14,744 bases of DNA from contig JAQWMJ010000015.1 of NCBI GenBank assembly GCA_029246845.1, forward strand, positions 1 to 14,744. Reading direction: 5' to 3'. Of this stretch, positions 8,201 through 14,744 are shown in pieces; position 1 is the first letter of the stretch, and each line of letters begins with the position of its first letter. The stretch comes from Thermodesulfobacteriota bacterium. Its GTDB lineage: Bacteria > Desulfobacterota_D > UBA1144. A program made the position numbers and the translations under genes. Under the pieces are notes generated by a model. The model was not told the DNA's origin, made no database searches, and worked only from the letters and a program-made list of their open reading frames with translations.

Positions 8201-9085
8201 CTAAGCAAGTTGCATTCTTTTAAGTTCAATTAGTAGTTCTGATGCTTTTTCCTCATCTAAAGTAGTCAAAGGTAGCCTCAGACTATTGATACATAACCCT
8301 AGCTTACTCATTGCAAATTTTATTGGAATTGGGTTAGTGTCCACGAAAAGAAGTTTGTTTAATTTGGAGATATCTGAATTAATCTTTTTTGCTATTAAGC
8401 TCTCACTCTTTTGGAAAGAATTGTACAGCGCTGAACATTTCTCAGGTATGAGGTTTGATGTTACAGATATAAACCCTGAACCTCCCTCTTCAAGTATTGA
8501 AAGATTCAAAGAGTCCTCACCGGATAATATAATAAAATCTTTAGGACAGGACTTTTTAATTTTTCTTGTTGTATTTATATCCCCACTTGCTTCTTTTATT
8601 CCAACTATATTTTTATGCTCCAAGGATAACTTATTTATAGTTTCAACCTCAAGGCTAACCACCGATCTTCCAGGAATATTATAGAGGATTATAGGCAGTG
8701 AGGTATTGGAAGAAATATTAGAAAAATGTTTAAATAAACCTGATTGGTTAGGCTTGTTGTAATAAGGTACTACTTGAAGTGTGGCATCAGCTCCAGCGTT
8801 CTCGGCACTTGCCGTCATTTCTAAAGCCTCATGTGTTGAGTTGGATCCTGTTCCTGCTATAACAGGTATCTTTTTTTTTGTAATATCAATTGCTATCTTA
8901 ATTACTTCTTGATGCTCTTCGTGACTAAGAGTAGGGGATTCGCCTGTTGTTCCACAAGGAACTATTCCATGGACTCCGCTTTTAATTTGCCGAACAATTA
9001 ATTTTTCTAATCCTATTTCATCCAACTTACCATTAGCCTTAAAAGGGGTAATTAGAGCAGTTATACATCCGTGAATAATAGACAT
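8201..9085 (-). CDS. dapA: 4-hydroxy-tetrahydrodipicolinate synthase
   Basis: ALITPF, GTTGESPTL, PVIAGTGSN, PYYNKP, LYNIPGR, GIKEASG (Schiff-base Lys) and TNPIPIK motifs. Confidence 0.96.
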   Translation of the reverse strand: MSIIHGCITALITPFKANGKLDEIGLEKLIVRQIKSGVHGIVPCGTTGESPTLSHEEHQEVIKIAIDITKKKIPVIAGTGSNSTHEALEMTASAENAGADATLQVVPYYNKPNQSGLFKHFSNISSNTSLPIILYNIPGRSVVSLEVETINKLSLEHKNIVGIKEASGDINTTRKIKKSCPKDFIILSGEDSLNLSILEEGGSGFISVTSNLIPEKCSALYNSFQKSESLIAKKINSDISKLNKLLFVDTNPIPIKFAMSKLGLCINSLRLPLTTLDEEKASELLIELKRMQLA

Positions 9086-9091
9086 TTAATA

Positions 9092-9105
9092 AATATAGTA
9101 CTATA
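9092..9105 (-). promoter_or_regulatory. Putative -10 element plus perfect 12-bp palindrome upstream of dapA
   Basis: Minus strand TATATT (9097-9092) lies 6 nt before the ATG and overlaps the palindrome TATAGTACTATA (9094-9105). Confidence 0.35.
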
Positions 9106-9108
9106 AAA

Positions 9109-10110
9109 TTACTTTTCCTGTAAACATTCTGCAATTTGTACAGCATTAAGGGCTGCCCCTTTTCTAATTTGATCTCCAACTACCCACAAGGACAATCCAT
9201 TTTTTATTGAGTAATCGCTTCTAAGTCTGCCTACTAGACAGTCATCCTTATCCGAAGAATCAGTAGGCGTGGGATAAGACATAGTATCATTAATTTTAAT
9301 ATTCTTAACACCTGGGAACTTACTTAAAGCCCTATGAGCATTAGACAAACTTATTTTTTGTTTGAATTCAATATTAATGCTAACACTATGAGACCTTAAT
9401 ACGGGAACTCTAACAGTAGTAGCAGAAATTAGGATTTTGTTATCAGAAAGTATTTTTCTTGATTCATTATGAAGTTTCATTTCTTCTTCTGAATAATTAT
9501 TCTTAGTTATTGATCCAATTTTAGGTATCACATTAAAAGCAATATTACGTTCAAAAACTTTATTCTTTGACTTTTTATTACCTGACAAAAATCTTTTTGT
9601 CTCAGATATTAATTCTGTCATACCTGCATTTCCTGCTCCAGACACTGATTGAAAGCTGGTTGCAACAATCCTTTTAATTGAACCTAAATCATATAAAGGT
9701 TTTATAGCCATTAATGAAATTATAGTTGTACAGTTAGGATTCGCAATTATCTTGGACTTGTATTTAGTTATGTGGCTAGCGTTAATTTCTGGAACTACCA
9801 ATGCTACTTTTTTATCCATTCTAAATGCAGAGCTATTATCTATAACAAAACAATTATTTGCCGCAGCTATCGGAGCATACTTTTTACTAATATTTGAACC
9901 AGCAGAAAAGAAGACAATATCAAAATTCTTTAAAGAAGAACTCTTTAATTGTTCTATTGTAATTGGTTTATTTTTATATAAAATCGATTTTCCTGCAGAT
10001 CTTTTGGAGCCAAATAGTGACAATTCAGAAATTATAAATTTTCTTTCTTGAAGAATTTTTACAATCTCTAATCCAACTGCTCCACTTGCACCAACAATGG
10101 CTCCTCTCAT
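9109..10110 (-). CDS. asd: Aspartate-semialdehyde dehydrogenase
   Basis: IVGASGAVG, VIDNSSAFRM, VVPEIN, catalytic IANPNCTT, QSVSGAG, VRVPV.R.H and DQIRKGAALNAVQIAE motifs. Confidence 0.96.
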   Translation of the reverse strand: MRGAIVGASGAVGLEIVKILQERKFIISELSLFGSKRSAGKSILYKNKPITIEQLKSSSLKNFDIVFFSAGSNISKKYAPIAAANNCFVIDNSSAFRMDKKVALVVPEINASHITKYKSKIIANPNCTTIISLMAIKPLYDLGSIKRIVATSFQSVSGAGNAGMTELISETKRFLSGNKKSKNKVFERNIAFNVIPKIGSITKNNYSEEEMKLHNESRKILSDNKILISATTVRVPVLRSHSVSINIEFKQKISLSNAHRALSKFPGVKNIKINDTMSYPTPTDSSDKDDCLVGRLRSDYSIKNGLSLWVVGDQIRKGAALNAVQIAECLQEK

Positions 10111-10550
10111 AACTCAAGCTCACTTATTTTTTTTATATTTTTAAGTTCTGAATCATCAGCCTTTGTCTTTATCCACATTGAAATTATTCCTTTGATATAG
10201 CTCTCTTTTACAATCATTAACCCTATCCCTAATACATTAGCATTGTTCCATTTTCTTGCACCTTCTGCTACTTCCTGATTATTGCAAAGTGCAGCTCTGA
10301 TACCCCTGAATTTATTTGCAACGATAGTAACACCTGTACCTGTATAACAAAAAAGTAATCCGAAATCTGACTTGTTCTGTTGAACATCTCTAGAAACCCT
10401 TTTTGCAACTTCAACCCAATCTAGTCCATCACCAGCCAAGCTTCCGTATTCTATAAGAGGGTAGTTGTTTTTAATAAGGTATTCTTTCGCGATGGATACA
10501 CATTTAGACTCATTATCTGCGCCAATAGAAAAGCGAACATTTTTTATCAT
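10107..10550 (-). CDS. rpiB: RpiB/LacA/LacB family sugar(-phosphate) isomerase with an atypical active site
   Basis: IGAD, GLLFCYTGTG.TIVANK..GIRAALC and AR.WNNANVL show the family fold. Several canonical residues are replaced, so the gene symbol indicates family only. Confidence 0.8.
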   Translation of the reverse strand: MIKNVRFSIGADNESKCVSIAKEYLIKNNYPLIEYGSLAGDGLDWVEVAKRVSRDVQQNKSDFGLLFCYTGTGVTIVANKFRGIRAALCNNQEVAEGARKWNNANVLGIGLMIVKESYIKGIISMWIKTKADDSELKNIKKISELEL

Positions 10551-10612
10551 TACTTTTTTTTACCTTTCTTTTCTTTTATATTACTTTAAAAATTATCTAA
10601 TAGGAATTCTAT

Positions 10613-11407
10613 ATGTCTATAATGAATAATAAAATTAAAGAAGTTCTTAAATTAGCTTGCTTAGAAGCAGGAAAAGTAATATCTAAGAACTATGGAACTA
10701 GGAAAAGTGTAAAGTCTAAGGGTGATAATGACTGGGTAACCAAGCAAGATATTCTAGTAGAAAAACTTATTATTAAAATAATAAAAAAAACTTTTCCTGA
10801 TTCTTCTTTTATAGGAGAGGAGACAGGAGCCTCAAGGAAGAAGATGGACATGACTTGGATTATAGACCCTATCGATGGGACGAATAATTATATTCATGAC
10901 TATCCTTTTTTTTGCACATCTATCGGTGTAATGATAAAAGGTAAGATGATGCATGGTGCAATTTATGATTCTCTAAGAGATGAGTTCTTTTATGCTCAAA
11001 AAAACCATGGTGCGTTTATGAATGGAAAAAGAATTAAAGTTAGTGAGATCAAAAAGCTTTCAGACTCTTTATTATGTACCGGATTTATTACATCTAAAGT
11101 GTCTTATGCCAAAAAGAACATTAGCAACTTTAGAAGATTAGTATTCAAGGCGAGGTCAATTAGAAGGGATGGATCTGCTGCACTAGATTTAGCTTATGTA
11201 GCATGTGGGAGGTTGGATGGTTTTTGGGAGCTTGGACTTAACAGTTGGGATACTTCTGCCGGCGTATTGCTTGTGGAAGAAGCAGGGGGAAAAGTTATCA
11301 ATTCCAAAGGAGAAAAGTTTAATATAATTAAAAATAAAAGTTTAATATCTGGAAATAAATACTTAGTTAAGAAACTATTAATTGAGATTAAATCTAATCA
11401 GGTTTAG
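10613..11407 (+). CDS. suhB: Inositol monophosphatase family protein (SuhB)
   Basis: VT..D, GEE, WIIDPIDGTNNY, GSAALDLAYVACGRLDGFWE and WD.SAG.L.V.EAGG motifs. AGGA lies 7 nt upstream of the ATG. Confidence 0.92.
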   Translation: MSIMNNKIKEVLKLACLEAGKVISKNYGTRKSVKSKGDNDWVTKQDILVEKLIIKIIKKTFPDSSFIGEETGASRKKMDMTWIIDPIDGTNNYIHDYPFFCTSIGVMIKGKMMHGAIYDSLRDEFFYAQKNHGAFMNGKRIKVSEIKKLSDSLLCTGFITSKVSYAKKNISNFRRLVFKARSIRRDGSAALDLAYVACGRLDGFWELGLNSWDTSAGVLLVEEAGGKVINSKGEKFNIIKNKSLISGNKYLVKKLLIEIKSNQV

Positions 11408-11409
11408 CT

Positions 11410-14118
11410 CTAAAGGTAATTCTTAATTATTGATGAGTTATTTTCCATAACATCTTTCATTGTTCCTGAAGCAATAATATTTCCTCCTTTACTCCCACCC
11501 CCAGGGCCAATATCAATTATATAGTCTGCAATTTTAATTATATCTAAATTGTGCTCTATAATAAGAAGAGTATTTCCTCTTTCAATGAGAAACTCAAAAG
11601 TTCTGACCAAATTCCTCAAATCGTCAACATGCAGTCCTATTGATGGTTCATCTAGAATATAAAGAACGTTCTTTGTGCTTTTTGAAAGCAATGATTTTGC
11701 AATTTTAATTCTTTGTGATTCCCCACCAGACAAGGTGTTAGTAGGTTGTCCAAGTGATAAATATCCTAGACCAACTGAGGATAAAATATTTAGTTTTTTA
11801 ACTATTTTATTATCATCTTCAAAAAAAGTAATTGCTTCATCCACTGTAAGATCTAGTATCTCATTTATATTTCTTCCCTGAAATCTAATTTTTAAAATAT
11901 CTTTATTAAATCTTTTACCATCGCAAGAATCACAAATAACCTCAAGATCAGAAAGAAACTGCATTTCTATAACCTTTTTTCCATCACCCTTGCAGTCATC
12001 ACATCTTCCTCCATCTGTATTAAAGGAAAAGTCTCCCGGCTTCAATCCTAACGATTTAGATTGTGAGACTTTAGCCATGATTAACCGAATATCGTCATAA
12101 ATCTTCATATAGCTAGCGGGATTAGACCTTGCACTTGTTCCAACTGTATCTTGATTTATCATTATAAGCTCATTAATTTTTGATAATCCTGAAATAGAAT
12201 CTACTAAACCTGGATTTAGGTAAGTTTGTCCAAATTGCTTACAGGCATTTCCAAAGAAGCAATCCTTAATAAGTGTACTTTTTCCTGAACCAGAAACTCC
12301 CGTAACACAGGTAATGCATCCTAAAGGTACTTCGAAGCTAACATTCTTAATATTATTTAAAGATGCATTTTTAATCTTTATTTTTTCTTTTGGAAGATTT
12401 TTTGACATAGTTTTTTCTATTTGGACTTTTTTATTTAAATATTTTGATGTTATGGAATCTTTATTTTTTTTGAGCGACTTATAGTCACCACAATGCACCA
12501 ACTCTCCGCCCATTTTTCCAGACTTTGGTCCTAACTCAATAATCCAATCAGCCTTTGATATAATACTTAAATCATGCTCAATTAAAATAATTGTATTATC
12601 AAGATTCCTCAGATTAATAATAGTTTTATATAAATTATTAATATCTTTAGCATGAAGTCCAATTGAGGGCTCATCTAAAACATAAAGTGTATCTGTAAGC
12701 TCAGAGCCAAGTTGCTGGGAAAGATTAACTCTTTGTATTTCACCTCCTGATAAAGTTTTACCTAGCCTGTTAAGGGTCAAGTATTCTAGTCCAACTTCTA
12801 TAAGAAATTTTAATCTAAGTTTACATTGTTTTAGTGGCTCATTTATTATTTTGGTATCCATATCCTTAATCTCTAATCTATCAAAGAACTTCTCAAGTGC
12901 TTCAATACTTAAATCACAAAGTTCATATATAGTTAGTCCATTCAGCTGAACATTAGATGCAATCTTATTAATTCTTGAACCCCCACATTCATTACAAAGA
13001 GTAGGAGTCCTGTATTTACTTAAAAGTACTCTAATATGCATTTTGTAAGTTTTTCTTTCTAATCTTTTAAAGATTCCGTTGATACCCTTATGTGAAGAGT
13101 CACCCACCATAATTAAGGCTTTATCTTTGTTTGATATTTTAGAAAAAGATAATTCGGTGTTAATATTATTTCTCATACATAATTCTAGGAATTTTTTTCT
13201 TTCATAACCAAGTGATGGTCTCTCAATCACGGAAATAGCACCATCTGCAATCGATAGGCCATCGTCCTGAACTATTAAGTCCATGTCTGGAGTTAGCATG
13301 TTCCCAAATCCTTTACATTCTCTACATGCACCGTTCGGTGTATTAAAAGAGAAGTTGTTAGGAGTAGGTTTTTTGTACTCTTTTAAGCATTCTGGGCAAC
13401 AAAGTTCTTTTTTATAATCTAAAGCTAACACAATATTCTTATCGTAAATATTTATCTTGCTAGAAAGAGAGAAACATAGTTCTAGGGATTCAATAATTCT
13501 AGAAAAGTTTGATTCTGTTATTAGCACTTTATCGATAAGAGGCTTGAAAGAGGGATTACCTTCTTCTTTGTCTTGAATAAGTTTAATCTCGTTATCAACT
13601 ATGATTTCAAAGATTCCAATTTTCCTTAATTCTTTTTTATCTATATTTCTATTATTTTCTATTGCTATATAAACTTCCTTATTTATAAAATTCTTCAAAA
13701 GATTTTTATAAATTCCTTCCGGGTCTAATGAGGTACATTCTTTATGACAATCAACACAAAATATCCTACCAACCCTGCTATAAATGACTCTCATATAGTC
13801 ATAAATCTCAGTTAATGTCCCTACAGTTGATCTAGAATTCTTAACCGTATTTCTGCTTTCTATGCATATCGATGGGGGAACTCCATTTAAAGAAGTTATC
13901 TGAGGTTTCTCTATCTTCTCGAGAAATTGCCTTGCATATGTTGAGAGTGATTCAAGATACCTTCTTCTGCTTTCGGCATGGATTGTACCTATGGCTAGTG
14001 AGGACTTTCCCGAGCCTGATAACCCCGTAATCACACAAAGGCTGTACCAAGGTATTTCACAACTGATTTTTTTAAGATTATTTGAAGAAGCAGCCTCAAT
14101 AGAAATTATCTTTTTCAT
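11410..14118 (-). CDS. uvrA: Excinuclease ABC subunit A (UvrA; probably the paralogous second-copy type)
   Basis: Two ABC ATPase modules (GLSGSGKSSLA and GVSGSGKSTL; LSGGE.QR; LDEPSIGLH twice), RRYLESLSTYARQF, SRSTVGT.TEIYDY, and multiple CxxC zinc ligands. Confidence 0.95.
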   Translation of the reverse strand: MKKIISIEAASSNNLKKISCEIPWYSLCVITGLSGSGKSSLAIGTIHAESRRRYLESLSTYARQFLEKIEKPQITSLNGVPPSICIESRNTVKNSRSTVGTLTEIYDYMRVIYSRVGRIFCVDCHKECTSLDPEGIYKNLLKNFINKEVYIAIENNRNIDKKELRKIGIFEIIVDNEIKLIQDKEEGNPSFKPLIDKVLITESNFSRIIESLELCFSLSSKINIYDKNIVLALDYKKELCCPECLKEYKKPTPNNFSFNTPNGACRECKGFGNMLTPDMDLIVQDDGLSIADGAISVIERPSLGYERKKFLELCMRNNINTELSFSKISNKDKALIMVGDSSHKGINGIFKRLERKTYKMHIRVLLSKYRTPTLCNECGGSRINKIASNVQLNGLTIYELCDLSIEALEKFFDRLEIKDMDTKIINEPLKQCKLRLKFLIEVGLEYLTLNRLGKTLSGGEIQRVNLSQQLGSELTDTLYVLDEPSIGLHAKDINNLYKTIINLRNLDNTIILIEHDLSIISKADWIIELGPKSGKMGGELVHCGDYKSLKKNKDSITSKYLNKKVQIEKTMSKNLPKEKIKIKNASLNNIKNVSFEVPLGCITCVTGVSGSGKSTLIKDCFFGNACKQFGQTYLNPGLVDSISGLSKINELIMINQDTVGTSARSNPASYMKIYDDIRLIMAKVSQSKSLGLKPGDFSFNTDGGRCDDCKGDGKKVIEMQFLSDLEVICDSCDGKRFNKDILKIRFQGRNINEILDLTVDEAITFFEDDNKIVKKLNILSSVGLGYLSLGQPTNTLSGGESQRIKIAKSLLSKSTKNVLYILDEPSIGLHVDDLRNLVRTFEFLIERGNTLLIIEHNLDIIKIADYIIDIGPGGGSKGGNIIASGTMKDVMENNSSIIKNYL

Positions 14119-14124
14119 TATTTA

Positions 14125-14130
14125 ATTATA
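14125..14130 (-). promoter_or_regulatory. -10 element for a probably leaderless uvrA transcript
   Basis: Perfect TATAAT on the minus strand lies 6 nt before the ATG at 14118. There is no SD. Confidence 0.55.
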
Positions 14131-14140
14131 GTAACTATTT

Positions 14141-14168
14141 TTTACAGTTCCTTGAATTTTTTTACAAT
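14141..14168 (+). promoter_or_regulatory. Putative sigma70 promoter of glyA
   Basis: TTTACA (14141-14146), N16, TACAAT (14163-14168), ending 23 nt before the ATG. Confidence 0.55.
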
Positions 14169-14191
14169 TTAAGTAGTCTGAAAGATAAGTC

Positions 14192-14744
14192 ATGGCACTA
14201 ACAAAAATAATAGATAGCGAAGTTTCTTCTTTAATTAACAGTGAAATTAAGAGACAAGAATATGAGCTTCAGATGATTGCATCTGAAAACTATGCTAGCG
14301 AAGCTGTAATGGAAGTTATGGGTTCAGTTCTTACTAATAAATATGCTGAAGGATATCCCGGTAAAAGATATTATGGGGGCTGTCAATTTGTTGATGTAGC
14401 AGAGCAACTAGCAATTGATAGAGCTAAGAAGCTCTTTGGTGCCGAAGCTGTAAATGTTCAACCGCACTCTGGTGCGCAAGCTAATATGGCCGTTTTCTTG
14501 GGTTTTCTTGAACCTGGCGATACTGTGTTGGGTATGAGCTTAGACCATGGTGGACATCTTTCTCATGGTTCAAAGGTTAATTTTTCTGGAAGAGTCTACA
14601 ACTCTATTTCATATGGGGTAGATAAAGATACTTTTTTGATTGACTATGATCAAATAGAAGATTTAGCTCTTAAAAATAAGCCTAAGTTAATTATTGCCGG
14701 TTGGAGCTCTTATCCTAGAGATTTAGATTACAAAAGATTTAGAG
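14192..14744 (+). CDS. glyA: Serine hydroxymethyltransferase, 3'-truncated by the window edge (not in the ORF track)
   Basis: Manual translation from ATG 14192 gives [11 protein letters not shown]...[16 protein letters not shown]...[18 protein letters not shown]...[11 protein letters not shown]...GGHLSHG. Confidence 0.97.
   Translation, partial: MALTKIIDSEVSSLINSEIKRQEYELQMIASENYASEAVMEVMGSVLTNKYAEGYPGKRYYGGCQFVDVAEQLAIDRAKKLFGAEAVNVQPHSGAQANMAVFLGFLEPGDTVLGMSLDHGGHLSHGSKVNFSGRVYNSISYGVDKDTFLIDYDQIEDLALKNKPKLIIAGWSSYPRDLDYKRFR

Noticed and set aside
8286..11881. Plus-strand ORFs 8286-8684, 9752-10051 and 11675-11881
   Set aside because: They are antisense shadows of dapA, asd and uvrA.
14137..14166. 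Direct repeat TTTTTTACA twice, 20 nt apart
   Set aside because: It is explained by the -35 (TTTACA) and -10 (TACAAT) of the glyA promoter in T-rich DNA.
14119..14191. Classical LexA box upstream of uvrA, or a riboswitch upstream of glyA
   Set aside because: There is no CTGT-N8-ACAG, GAAC-N4-GTTC or GTTC-N7-GTTC match. The predicted glyA leader is under 20 nt, too short for a riboswitch.
1..14744. Mobile element, prophage, CRISPR array or defence island
   Set aside because: I saw no integrase, transposase, repeat-spacer array or compositionally distinct segment. Every long ORF belongs to a housekeeping family.

Overview
This is an AT-rich, extremely compact bacterial core-genome segment with almost no intergenic DNA. 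In order it holds the 3' part of rpoD, a stand-alone 5S rRNA gene with its own sigma70 promoter, purN, an ACT-domain DAHP synthase and plsC. A minus-strand run follows: RpiB-like, asd, dapA, rnhB, MerR-like, surE, yqaA-like, apt, aroB and trmB. The window ends with suhB, a uvrA paralog and the 5' part of glyA, which is not in the ORF track. Gene content and the merR-surE-yqaA-apt order suggest a streamlined deltaproteobacteria-related lineage (inference only). I see no mobile element, CRISPR array, tRNA or defence system, and no clearly new multi-gene system. The most notable signals are: (1) an RpiB-family protein that keeps the catalytic Cys but lacks the His/Arg residues for ring opening and phosphate binding; (2) a -10-like hexamer exactly 6 nt before the ATG at four genes, suggesting leaderless mRNAs; (3) an unlinked 5S rRNA with an atypical helix II, 12 nt upstream of purN.
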